This document shows, piece by piece, positions 15,981 through 25,027 of a stretch of 52,164 nucleotides of DNA (positions are counted from its first letter, which is position 1; every line of letters starts with the position of its first letter). The position numbers were made by a program, and so were the translations under genes. Below the pieces are notes generated by a model. That model did no database searches. It was not told where the DNA came from and saw nothing but the letters and a program-made list of their open reading frames with translations. The stretch spans positions 1 through 52,164 of the forward strand of contig DAOTZU010000032.1 in the NCBI GenBank assembly GCA_034433995.1, in the 5' to 3' direction. This stretch comes from Anaerolineae bacterium (lineage in GTDB: Bacteria; Chloroflexota; Anaerolineae; UBA1429).

Positions 15981-18508
15981 GGAGAGCTCCTTTCCTCGCC
16001 CGGTGGGGCGAGCACCGTAATAGATACCGTTGCGCTACGATAACGTGTGCCCGCAGCATCTTGCCCCTCGGCCCAGAAGACATGCTCTCCCGGCGCCAGG
16101 GGCCAAAAGACACGATAGGGTGGTCCGGACCAACGCTGCCAAGGTTGGCCATCCACCCATAACGTCACCTCCTCCAGCCCCAATTCTCCAGGGCAAGAGG
16201 CGACGACCTCGATCTGTTGGCACGCGGCGGGGATGGCCGCGCTCAGCCGAAAAACGCTCTGCGGATCCGGGCTGACCAAGCGCAGAGCGGCACTGCCCGC
16301 CCCGTCCGGCGATGCCTCAAGCGACGGCACCGGCGCGGCCAGCCCCAGACGCCCCGCGCCCACTTTGGGCGGCAGAGGCAGGCCCTCCTCCTCGGCCCAG
16401 GCCAGCGCCTCCACCGGCCAGAAGGTTACCCGGCGCGCCATCCGGCGCTCAGCGGGGCAGGAGGCATCGGCCAGGGCGCCGGTCAAAGCGTCCACCACCA
16501 CAAAGCGATGCAGGGTGCAATGCTCCTGGGGCACATTCTCGGCCAGGAACAGCTCCTTTTGGCGATGGTCGCAGGCGGATGTGGGCAAGAGGCCCGAAAG
16601 GGCGCAGACCTCGATCTCCACCAAGCCCGGCGGCCGCGCAAAGGCCGCCGGCGCCCCACGGTGCGCCCGCCGCATGATACCGTTCCAGATGGGCGCGGCC
16701 CCCGTCACCCCCGAGACGCGCACCATCGGCTGGTTATCGGCGTTACCCACCCACACCCCCACCACGAGCTCGCTGGTGTAGCCCACGGTCCAGTTGTCGC
16801 GCCATTCGGTGGTGGTGCCCGTCTTGACGGCGGCCGGGAAGGGGAGGTCCAGGGCGCTGCCTTCGCCAAAAGCGGGGATGCGCGCTTGCGGATCGGCCAG
16901 GATATCGGTGATGAGATAGGCAATGCGCGGATCCAACACCTGCTGGCTACGCGGTTCGGCCTGATACAGGATATTCCCCTGGCCATCCTCGATGCGCATA
17001 ATATCATAGGGCGCCACCCGCCGGCCGCCGTTGGCGAAGGCGGCGTAGGCGCCGGTCAACTGCCAGAGCGACACCTCGCCGCCGCCCAAGGTCAGCGCCA
17101 GCCCAAAGCGCTCCGGGTTATCCCAGGAGGTGATCCCCAGGCGCCGGGCCATCTCCACCAAGGCCTCGAGGCCGATCCGGTCCAACAATTTGACGGCGAC
17201 AACGTTATAGGAGCAGGCCAGCGCCTGACGCAGCAGCACGGGGCCGTGGAAGCGATAATCGTAATTCAGGGGAACGTAGGGCGTGCCCTCGCGGGTGAGG
17301 AAGGAGGAGCGCACATCGGCCAACATGGTGGCTGGCCCAAAGCCTCGTTCAAAGGCCGCCGCGTAGGTGAGGGGCTTGACGGCCGAGCCCGGCTGGCGCA
17401 GCGCCAAGGCCGCGTTCACTGCGCCGCTGATGGTAGCATCGAAACAATCGGGGCTGCCCACCAACGCCCGCACGGCGCCATCCCGCGGGTCCAGCGCCAC
17501 CACCGCCGCGTTACGCACATTGTGGCCGGGAAAACCTTTTTGGGGCGTATTCAGCCTCTCCAGATGCAAACGCACCTGCTCCTCGGCCAAATGTTGTAGA
17601 TCCAGGTCCAAGGTGGTATAGATGCGCAGCCCGCCGGCGCGCAGCGTTTCTTCACCCACGAGCTTGGCCGCCTCCTCGCGCACCGCGAGGCAGAAATGGG
17701 GCGCCTCCATGACCACGGGCGCGGCGGCAAAACGCAGCGGCTCCTCCTTGGCCAGGGCAGCCTGCTGCGCCGTGATGTAACCCGCCTTGGCCATCAGCTC
17801 CAACACCACCCCTTGGCGCGCCCGTGCCGCGCTCAAGTTCGTGAAGGGATTATAGTCCGCCGGCGATTGCGGCAGCCCCGCCAAAAGGGCGCATTCGGCC
17901 AGATCCAGCTGGGACACGGGTTTGCCAAAATAGGTCCGGGCCGCCGCCTCCACCCCATAGGCGAGGTTGCCGAAATAGGTCTCGTTCAGATACAAAGCCA
18001 AGATCTCGTCCTTGCTCAACGTGCGGGTGAGACGGTAGGCCAGCCAGGCCTCCCGGAGCTTGCGCTGCCAGGTGCGCTCCTGGCGTTCCGGCGCCTCCAT
18101 GAGGAGGTTGCGGGCCAACTGTTGGGTGATGGTGCTGGCCCCGGAGAGGATCTCGCCGCCACGCAGGTTGGTCCACAGGGCGCGGAGGATGGCCCAGCCA
18201 TCCACGCCGGGGTTGCGGTAAAAAGAAGCATCCTCTGTGGCGATGATGGCTTGGCGCAACGCCAGAGGGATCTCTTCCAAGGGCACCGGGCGATGGGAGC
18301 CGGTGTGTGGATCGATGAGCTCATACAACAAGCGGCCGTTGGCATCGAGGATCAGGCTGGAGGGTGCGAGCGCGCGCCGGCCGATGTCCAGGTCGCCGGC
18401 CCACGGCAGCAGGTCGGGGCGGTGGAGCACCAGCCCAAGCCCCATCGCCAATAAGAGGCCCGGCAAGGCCAGCCAGCCCCAGACCCAACGGCGACGCAAC
18501 AGCACCAT
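15977..18508 (-). CDS. pbpC: Penicillin-binding protein 1C (bifunctional glycosyltransferase/transpeptidase)
   Basis: GT51 motifs (EDASFYRNPGVD, GASTITQQLARN), the transpeptidase SxxK (GSAVKP), a C-terminal PbpC-type domain and an N-terminal TM anchor. It is adjacent to an A2M gene. Confidence 0.85.
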   Translation of the reverse strand: MVLLRRRWVWGWLALPGLLLAMGLGLVLHRPDLLPWAGDLDIGRRALAPSSLILDANGRLLYELIDPHTGSHRPVPLEEIPLALRQAIIATEDASFYRNPGVDGWAILRALWTNLRGGEILSGASTITQQLARNLLMEAPERQERTWQRKLREAWLAYRLTRTLSKDEILALYLNETYFGNLAYGVEAAARTYFGKPVSQLDLAECALLAGLPQSPADYNPFTNLSAARARQGVVLELMAKAGYITAQQAALAKEEPLRFAAAPVVMEAPHFCLAVREEAAKLVGEETLRAGGLRIYTTLDLDLQHLAEEQVRLHLERLNTPQKGFPGHNVRNAAVVALDPRDGAVRALVGSPDCFDATISGAVNAALALRQPGSAVKPLTYAAAFERGFGPATMLADVRSSFLTREGTPYVPLNYDYRFHGPVLLRQALACSYNVVAVKLLDRIGLEALVEMARRLGITSWDNPERFGLALTLGGGEVSLWQLTGAYAAFANGGRRVAPYDIMRIEDGQGNILYQAEPRSQQVLDPRIAYLITDILADPQARIPAFGEGSALDLPFPAAVKTGTTTEWRDNWTVGYTSELVVGVWVGNADNQPMVRVSGVTGAAPIWNGIMRRAHRGAPAAFARPPGLVEIEVCALSGLLPTSACDHRQKELFLAENVPQEHCTLHRFVVVDALTGALADASCPAERRMARRVTFWPVEALAWAEEEGLPLPPKVGAGRLGLAAPVPSLEASPDGAGSAALRLVSPDPQSVFRLSAAIPAACQQIEVVASCPGELGLEEVTLWVDGQPWQRWSGPPYRVFWPLAPGEHVFWAEGQDAAGTRYRSATVSITVLAPPGEERSSP

Positions 18509-18573
18509 GTTACCTTTCTACGCTGGATTGCAATCATATAGACGTCACAAGCCAGGCTGCGGTTCCCCCTGGG

Positions 18574-19602
18574 CTAGGACGCGCGCTCGACCAGGGATAG
18601 GGCCAGTTCCCGCAGGGCCTCCTGGGCAGGATGGACGATGCCGGTGGAGCAAAGATGCTCCAGCGTCTTGTGCAGATGTTCCTGGGCCCTTTGGCGGGCG
18701 TAAGCCTGGGCGCCGGCCCGCTCCAGCAGGGCGAGGACGGCGGGTAGGTCCTGCTCGCCAAGGACGGGCCGGGCATAGAGGGCGGCCAGGTCGCCATAGC
18801 CGCGCTCGGCCTCCCAGGCGAAGGCGTAGAGCACGGGCAGGGTCTTTTTCTTGGTGAGGATATCGTCGGCCGCCGACTTGCCCGTGGTGGCGGGATCTCC
18901 CCAGATGCCCAAGATATCATCCACAATTTGGAAGGTGAGGCCCAACTCCCGGCCCGAGGCGCCATAGGCCGCGACGACCTCCTCTCCGGCCCCACCCAAA
19001 AGGGCGCCACAGGCCAAAGCGGCGGCCAAGAGGGCGGCAGTCTTGCCTGTGATCATGCGCTCATAGGCCGCCAAAGAGACGCTGGGCGCCGCTTCAAAGG
19101 CGAGATCAAGATATTGGCCCGTGCAGAGTTCCAAGCAGGTCTCGTCCAACAGTTTGACCACCCGCAACACCAGTTCCGCCGTGAAACCCTGCTCCGTGAG
19201 CCTCAAAGCGGCCAGGCGGGCCAAGGCCCACATGGCATCGCCGGTGTTCAGGCCCTGGGCCAATCCCCACAGGCTCCACACCGTGGACCGATGGCGACGG
19301 GTCTCGCTGCGATCCTCGATATCATCGTGCAAGAGGGAAAAGTTGTGGATCAACTCGATGGCGCTGGCCGCCGGCAGCGCCCGGCGCCAATCGCCGCCCA
19401 CCGCCTCGCAGGCCAAAAGGCAAAGGAGGGGACGCAGGCGCTTGCCCCGCGCGGCGTTCACCGGAGCGAAAGAGGCATCAAGCCAACCCAGATGGTAGTG
19501 CATCATCTGGTACAGGGGAGCGACCAAGGGTTCGCGCACGGCCAGGTCTCGGCGCAACGCGTCCTCGATGGCATCCAAGTAGACGCTCAGCTCCTGAGGC
19601 AT
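18574..19602 (-). CDS. Trans-polyprenyl diphosphate synthase (GGPP/FPP synthase family)
   Basis: First aspartate-rich motif LLHDDIEDRSETRR and second FQIVDDILG. The start at ATG 19602 (MPQELSVYLDAIE...) overlaps the upstream gene by 16 nt. The ORF-track extension to 19971 is rejected. Confidence 0.85.
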   Translation of the reverse strand: MPQELSVYLDAIEDALRRDLAVREPLVAPLYQMMHYHLGWLDASFAPVNAARGKRLRPLLCLLACEAVGGDWRRALPAASAIELIHNFSLLHDDIEDRSETRRHRSTVWSLWGLAQGLNTGDAMWALARLAALRLTEQGFTAELVLRVVKLLDETCLELCTGQYLDLAFEAAPSVSLAAYERMITGKTAALLAAALACGALLGGAGEEVVAAYGASGRELGLTFQIVDDILGIWGDPATTGKSAADDILTKKKTLPVLYAFAWEAERGYGDLAALYARPVLGEQDLPAVLALLERAGAQAYARQRAQEHLHKTLEHLCSTGIVHPAQEALRELALSLVERAS

Positions 19603-20627
19603 TCCTCGCCTCCCTCCCTGCGGACCAGGCAGGCCCGGTTGAGATCCTGCACAGTGCGCGCCCCTGTGCAGAACATGGCGATGCGCAATTGGCGCAACAC
19701 CACCCGCAGCTTGCTCAGCAGCGCCTCGGCCGATTCCAGCGCCGGGCGCAACACCGCCGCCGCCATGCCCACCAGGTCCGCCCCCAAGGCCAGACACAGG
19801 GCCACCTGCACGCCATCGGTGATGCCGCCGCTGGCGATGAGTGGCTGCCTCGGGCAGGCGCGACGCACCTGCACCAGCGCCTCGGCGGTGGGGATCCCCC
19901 AAGAGGCAAAGGCTTGGGCCACCTCGGCATCGACGGGGGAGGCGCTGCGATGGCGCTCGACCTCGCTCCACGAGGTGCCCCCGGCCCCGGCCACATCCAC
20001 CGCCGCTACGCCCACATCATAGAGGGCCATGGCCACCTCCGCCGAAAGGCCCCAGCCCACCTCCTTGACGATGACGGGCACTTCCAGCGCCCGGCAGATG
20101 GCGCCGATCTTGGCCAGCAGGCCGGAGAAATCGGTGTTGCCCTCCGGCTGGATCGCCTCTTGCAGGGGGTTCACGTGCAGGACGAGGGCATCGGCTTGGA
20201 CGCTCTCCACAGCCCGCCGACATTCCTCAGGCCCATAGCCATAGTTCAACTGCACCGCGCCCAGGTTGGCCAAGAGGAGGATATCCGGTGCCACGGCGCG
20301 CACTTGGTAGGTGGCAAGCAAGGAGGGATCCTCCAAGGCGGCCCGCTGTGAGCCCAGCCCCATGGCCAACCCCAACTCCTGAGCCGCCGCGGCCAAACGC
20401 AGATTGATCTCTCGGGCCACAGGGGTGCCGCCGGTCATGGCCGAAAGGAGCAACGGCGCCGCCAGTTCATGGCCCAGAAAGCGCGTCTGGGTGCATACAT
20501 CGGCAAGGGAGATCTCGGGCAGGGCCCGATGCACCAAACGATACCGCTCCAACCCGGTGGTACAGGCTGAACGGATCTCCTCGTGGGCGCAAATCTCCAG
20601 ATGTTCCTGTTTTCTTTGGCCTAGCAA
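19587..20627 (-). CDS. fni: Type 2 (FMN-dependent) isopentenyl-diphosphate delta-isomerase
   Basis: QRKQEHLEIC at the N-terminus, a TIM-barrel glycine-rich FMN site (ASGGI), and the expected length. TTG start at 20627 with GGAGGG just upstream. Confidence 0.88.
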   Translation of the reverse strand: MLGQRKQEHLEICAHEEIRSACTTGLERYRLVHRALPEISLADVCTQTRFLGHELAAPLLLSAMTGGTPVAREINLRLAAAAQELGLAMGLGSQRAALEDPSLLATYQVRAVAPDILLLANLGAVQLNYGYGPEECRRAVESVQADALVLHVNPLQEAIQPEGNTDFSGLLAKIGAICRALEVPVIVKEVGWGLSAEVAMALYDVGVAAVDVAGAGGTSWSEVERHRSASPVDAEVAQAFASWGIPTAEALVQVRRACPRQPLIASGGITDGVQVALCLALGADLVGMAAAVLRPALESAEALLSKLRVVLRQLRIAMFCTGARTVQDLNRACLVRREGGEECLRS

Positions 20628-20656
20628 AGTCCCTCCGGATGCATTCCAGCACGTGC

Positions 20657-20685
20657 AGTGTAACCTTTTCTCTATGGGCTGTCAA
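20657..20685 (-). promoter_or_regulatory. Candidate promoter for the fni / polyprenyl synthase (/ pbpC / A2M) unit
   Basis: The minus strand reads TTGACA (20685-20680), a 17-nt spacer, TACACT (20662-20657). The start codon lies 29 nt further downstream. Confidence 0.55.
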
Positions 20686-20862
20686 AGGGGTATGCCCGCT
20701 AAATGCTCACCACGTGTCCCGCCCGCAAGAGGGTTTCCACGATGGTATACATATTGCTGATCGTCCCGACGGCCAAGCGTTCTTTGAGGTTGAAATAGCC
20801 CACACAGAGATTGTTTATCATCATACATCAATTTACAGCAGAATAAAAATAACCCCGCCGCG

Positions 20863-20891
20863 ATTGACGCTCGGCCCCACCTGTGCTACTA
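20863..20891 (+). promoter_or_regulatory. Candidate promoter for the SEC-C protein / HAD / galK / MFS unit
   Basis: TTGACG (20863-20868), a 17-nt spacer, TACTAT (20886-20891). The ATG at 20934 follows a GAAGGAAAGGGG ribosome-binding region. Confidence 0.6.
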
Positions 20892-20933
20892 TTGGCCCAC
20901 ATCATGACCCGAAGGAAAGGGGTTTGAACGCCC

Positions 20934-21911
20934 ATGCCCCAAGTGAACCGCAACGCTCCCTGCCCCTGCGGCAGCGGCAAAAAGTACAAGAATTGCTGTT
21001 TGCGCCAAGACGTCATCCGCGAGGCCCAAATGCTGGGTTTCGGCACGGAGCGGACGGCGTTGTTCAACTTGCTCACCAGGTACGCGCGGGCGCCACGCTT
21101 TGCCTCAGAGTTCAACGCCGCCTTTGAGCTCTACTGGGGCGGCCGTTACGATCTGCAAGGTTTCCGCGACTTTCCCTTGGCCGATCTCCAGCGGACGTTG
21201 GAATGGTTCGCCCACGATTACCCCATCGGCGAGGAACGGCGCCATATCATTGACCTGTTTATCGAGAGCGACGCCAAGAACCTCCCTGAGCGGGCCACGT
21301 CTTGGCTGCTGGCCTGGGCCCACTCGGCCATGGGCCTTTTCCGGGTGATGGCCACGGATCCTGCCGGCACGTTGCGCCTGTATGATTGTCTACGGCAAAC
21401 AGAGCTCCAAGCCCACGATATCCCCCTGGCCCACAACGTTTATCAGGGCGAGGTCCTGGTGGGCCGGCTCTACACTTGGCAGGATCAACACCATCTTTCG
21501 CCGTTCACCCTCATCCTTCCCGCGGCCTATGAACCGGCGCTCACGGAATATGTCGGGCGCGCCTACCAGCTCTATGCGGACGAGCACTATCAGCAGGCCA
21601 CCTGGGATAGGTTCTTGCGGGATTATGGATACCTGTTCCAGGCCTTTTTGCTCTCCGAGAAGGGCGAAAGCTTGCGCAAGCTTATCGGCCCAGGCACGCG
21701 CTACTATGATCCCGCGCTGCTGCGGGATAGGCTGCGCGCCCACACCCTGCGCCGCCAGCAAGAGGCCTTGCAGGAACCCGCCGAGGAGGAGCTGCCCTTG
21801 CAGCGCACCCGCTCTGGCCTTGTCCTGCCCGGCACGGCGGAGCCGGCCCCCGGCGACGAGGGCGCGCCACAGCAGCCGCCCACCATCCTTATCCCAGGCC
21901 GGGATTTCTAG
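20934..21911 (+). CDS. SEC-C motif-containing protein (hypothetical)
   Basis: N-terminal NAPCPCGSGKKYKNCC is the SEC-C metal-binding motif. The remainder is unrecognised. Confidence 0.75.
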   Translation: MPQVNRNAPCPCGSGKKYKNCCLRQDVIREAQMLGFGTERTALFNLLTRYARAPRFASEFNAAFELYWGGRYDLQGFRDFPLADLQRTLEWFAHDYPIGEERRHIIDLFIESDAKNLPERATSWLLAWAHSAMGLFRVMATDPAGTLRLYDCLRQTELQAHDIPLAHNVYQGEVLVGRLYTWQDQHHLSPFTLILPAAYEPALTEYVGRAYQLYADEHYQQATWDRFLRDYGYLFQAFLLSEKGESLRKLIGPGTRYYDPALLRDRLRAHTLRRQQEALQEPAEEELPLQRTRSGLVLPGTAEPAPGDEGAPQQPPTILIPGRDF

Positions 21912-21953
21912 CCCTGTCGGCGCCCACCGCGCCACTTCGTCAGAGGGTGCAAG

Positions 21954-22688
21954 ATGACTTTACACAGAATCCGAGCGCTCCTGTTCGACCTGGACGATAC
22001 CCTCCTCCTTAACGACATGGAGGCCTTTGGTGCCGCCTATTTCCGCGCCTTGGCAACCAAATTGCGCCCCCTCTGCCCGCCGGAGGTGTTGCAGCCCGCG
22101 TTGGACGAGGCCGTGCGGGCCATGTGGCGTAACGACGGCCGCAACGGCACCAACGCCGAGGTCTTTGCCCAGATCTTTTTCCCCCGGGTGGGCCGTACCC
22201 CGGAGGAGTTGATGCCCCTGATCCACGAATTCTACACCCGTGATTTCGAGGCCTTGCGCCGTTGCACGGCGCCGGATCCTGAGGCCCGCGCGCTGGTCTC
22301 CCTGGCCGTGGAACGGGGCTATCAACTGGCCGTGGCCACCCAGCCGGTCTTTCCCCTGCCCGCCATTCTGGCCCGGCTGCGCTGGGCCGGCGTGGGCGCC
22401 GACGAGTTCCCCTACGCCTATATCTCTTCCTATGAGGAGATGCGCGCCTGCAAGCCCCATCCGCACTACTTTGGCACCATCGTCACTGCCCTGGGCCGGG
22501 CGCCGGAGGAATGTCTCATGGTGGGAGATAGCGTGGAGACCGACCTCCCCGCCCGCAGATACGGCCTCAAAACCTTCTGGGTGCGCCGAGGCGGGCAGGA
22601 AAATACTGCGGAGATACTCTGCGACGCCCAGGGAACCCTGGGCGATCTTGGACGCTTGCTGGAGACAGGAGGCTTGGATGCACTCTGA
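21954..22688 (+). CDS. HAD-superfamily hydrolase (subfamily IA-like)
   Basis: Motif I LLFDLDDTLL and a late GDS..D motif (MVGDSVETDL). Confidence 0.8.
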   Translation: MTLHRIRALLFDLDDTLLLNDMEAFGAAYFRALATKLRPLCPPEVLQPALDEAVRAMWRNDGRNGTNAEVFAQIFFPRVGRTPEELMPLIHEFYTRDFEALRRCTAPDPEARALVSLAVERGYQLAVATQPVFPLPAILARLRWAGVGADEFPYAYISSYEEMRACKPHPHYFGTIVTALGRAPEECLMVGDSVETDLPARRYGLKTFWVRRGGQENTAEILCDAQGTLGDLGRLLETGGLDAL

Positions 22689-23838
22689 TCGTCTACTTGC
22701 CCTGCGCCAAAGGGTCGTGGCCGCCTTTGGCCAAGCGTTCGGTGGCCAGCCTGCTTTGGTGGTGGTCGCGCCCGGACGGGTGAACCTCATCGGCGAACAC
22801 ACCGATTATAACGAGGGCTTTGTCTTGCCGGCCGCCATCGATCGCCACGTGCTTTTGGCCTGCCGGCCGCGCCGCGACCGCCAGGTGCGCCTTTACGCCG
22901 CCGATTTTTCCGCCGCAAGCGCCTTCTCCTTGGATGACATCTGCCCGGACGAGGCCCAACGCTGGAGCAACTATGAGCGCGGAGTGGCCTGGGCCTTGCA
23001 GGGTGCGGGCTACCCGCTCCAGGGGATGGATGCCGCCCTCGGCAGCGACCTGCCCATCGGCTCAGGGCTGAGCTCCTCGGCGGCCGTGGAATTGGCCACC
23101 GCCTACGCCTTTCAGGTGCTGGGCGGGCTGGAGCTGGACGGGGTGCAACGGGCCCTCCTATGCCAAAAGGCGGAAAACGAATTCGTGGGCATGCGCTGCG
23201 GCATCATGGACCAGTACATCATCTCCCTGGGCCGGCGCGATCACGCCCTGCTGATCGACTGCCGCAGCCTGGAATATCGCCTCGCCCCCATCCCGGCGGG
23301 CTGCAGCCTGGTGATCTGCGATACCAAGAAGCGTCGCGGCCTGGTGGATTCCGCCTATAACGCCCGCCGCCAGGAATGCGAGGCCGGCGCCAGGGCGCTG
23401 GGCGTGCGCGCCCTGCGCGATGTGACGCCGGAGGAGCTGGCCGCCCAAGAGCACTTGCTCAGTGAGGTGGTGCTGCGGCGCTGCCGCCACGTGATCAGCG
23501 AAAACCGACGGACGCTGGAGGCCGTGGCTGCCTTGGAGGCAGGCGACCTGGCCCGTTTGGGCGCGTTGATGAACGCCTCGCACCGCAGCCTGCGCGACGA
23601 TTACGAGGTGAGCTGCCGCGAATTAGACGCCATGGTGGAGGCCTCCTGGCAACAGGAGGGCGTCTGGGGGGCGCGGATGACGGGGGCCGGTTTCGGCGGC
23701 TGCACCATCGCCCTGGTGCGCAGCGAGGCCACGGCTTCCTTTTGCCAAGGGGTGGCCCAGGCCTATCGGCGCGCCACCGGCCTGGAGCCCGAAATTCATG
23801 TCTGCGTCGCCGCAGAGGGAGTGCACGTCCTTGACTGA
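22678..23838 (+). CDS. galK: Galactokinase
   Basis: Galactokinase signature GRVNLIGEHTDYNEGFVLP, GHMP motif PIGSGLSSSAA, and GAGFGGC near the C-terminus. The start at ATG 22678 overlaps the HAD stop by 11 nt. Confidence 0.9.
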   Translation: MHSDRLLALRQRVVAAFGQAFGGQPALVVVAPGRVNLIGEHTDYNEGFVLPAAIDRHVLLACRPRRDRQVRLYAADFSAASAFSLDDICPDEAQRWSNYERGVAWALQGAGYPLQGMDAALGSDLPIGSGLSSSAAVELATAYAFQVLGGLELDGVQRALLCQKAENEFVGMRCGIMDQYIISLGRRDHALLIDCRSLEYRLAPIPAGCSLVICDTKKRRGLVDSAYNARRQECEAGARALGVRALRDVTPEELAAQEHLLSEVVLRRCRHVISENRRTLEAVAALEAGDLARLGALMNASHRSLRDDYEVSCRELDAMVEASWQQEGVWGARMTGAGFGGCTIALVRSEATASFCQGVAQAYRRATGLEPEIHVCVAAEGVHVLD

Positions 23839-25027
23839 GGGACAGCGCCCTCCCTTCCTCATCGCTTGCCTCAGCATGGTGCTGAACGGCGCCATCGTGG
23901 TGGTGCTGGGGGCGCTGTTGCCGGTGGTGGTGCAAGATTTTTCCCTGGGCACGGCCCAAGCGGGGATGCTGGTCTCCAGCCCGGCCATCGGCTATGTGGT
24001 GGCCACCCTCTTGGCCGGCACCCTGGCCGACCGCTGGGGTTACCGCGAGGTCTGGCTGGCGGGCACCGGCCTGGGAGCCATCGCCTGCCTGGCCACCGCC
24101 CTGGTGCCCTCCTATGGGGGGCTCCTCCTGGTGGTGATCGGCCTGGGCCTCGTGGGCGGCCTTCTGGATAGCGGCATTGACGCCTCCATCTCCCTCCTTT
24201 TCGGCCCGCGCTCGGGAAGCGCCCTCAACCAGGTGCACCTCTTTTTCGGCGTGGGTGCCACCGCGACCCCCTTCCTGGTGAGCCTGGGCCTGAGCCAAGG
24301 GATGCCCTGGCGGGGATTCTATCTGCTGTTGGCCGCCCTTTGCTTGGCGGTGGGGCTGGTCGTCCGGGGCTTGCATCTGCCACGCCCCACCACCCACCCT
24401 CTGGGCACCTCCCTTCCCCTGGGCAAGCTCCTTGCCTCTCCCTTGGTGGCCTACTCGGCGCTGGCCCTGCTGGTCTATGGCGGCGTGGAGGGCTGTGCCT
24501 TCTCTTGGAGCGCGCTTTATTTTAACCAGGTGCGCGCGCTAGCCCCCGAACTGGCCAGCTTGAGCGTCTCGGCTTTTAGCATCATGTTCATCATCGGGCG
24601 CTTGGTCATCAGCCAGATCGTCGGGCGACTGGGGGCGAAAAGGGTGGTGCTGGGCGGGTCGCTCTTGGGTGCGGCGGGCTGGGCCTTGCTGCTGCTCCTG
24701 CCGGGCAAGACGCTCCCCTGGGGCGGGTTGGTCCTGGTGGGGTTGGCCTTTGCCGGGATCTTTCCCACCATCGTGGCCGAGGCCGCCCGCAGGGCCGCGA
24801 GCCACACCGGCGCGGTGACCGGCCTGGTGCTCACCTCCAACGGCGTGGGCAAGATCATCCTGCCCGCGTTGGTGGGCTGGATGGCGGAGGGGATGGGCCT
24901 CGCTTGGGCCATGGGGCTGGCGGTGATCTTTTCCCTGGTCATGGCCCTGCTCTACCGCTTGGCCTGGCGCTCCAAGGCCCTGCCACAAGACGCCGCCTGC
25001 GCCGGGATCCTCAGCGACCGGGCGTAG
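23798..25027 (+). CDS. MFS transporter
   Basis: About 12 TM segments and an MFS loop motif (GTLADRWGYREV). The start is uncertain: ATG 23798, or TTG 23831 with GAGGGAG 9 nt upstream. Confidence 0.75.
   Translation: MSASPQRECTSLTEGQRPPFLIACLSMVLNGAIVVVLGALLPVVVQDFSLGTAQAGMLVSSPAIGYVVATLLAGTLADRWGYREVWLAGTGLGAIACLATALVPSYGGLLLVVIGLGLVGGLLDSGIDASISLLFGPRSGSALNQVHLFFGVGATATPFLVSLGLSQGMPWRGFYLLLAALCLAVGLVVRGLHLPRPTTHPLGTSLPLGKLLASPLVAYSALALLVYGGVEGCAFSWSALYFNQVRALAPELASLSVSAFSIMFIIGRLVISQIVGRLGAKRVVLGGSLLGAAGWALLLLLPGKTLPWGGLVLVGLAFAGIFPTIVAEAARRAASHTGAVTGLVLTSNGVGKIILPALVGWMAEGMGLAWAMGLAVIFSLVMALLYRLAWRSKALPQDAACAGILSDRA

Noticed and set aside
18509-18573. A promoter for pbpC in the 65-nt gap after the polyprenyl synthase gene (TTGTGA, TATGAT and TTGCAA hexamers are present on the minus strand).
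   Set aside because: None of the hexamer pairs has 16-18-nt spacing, so read-through from the fni promoter seems more likely.
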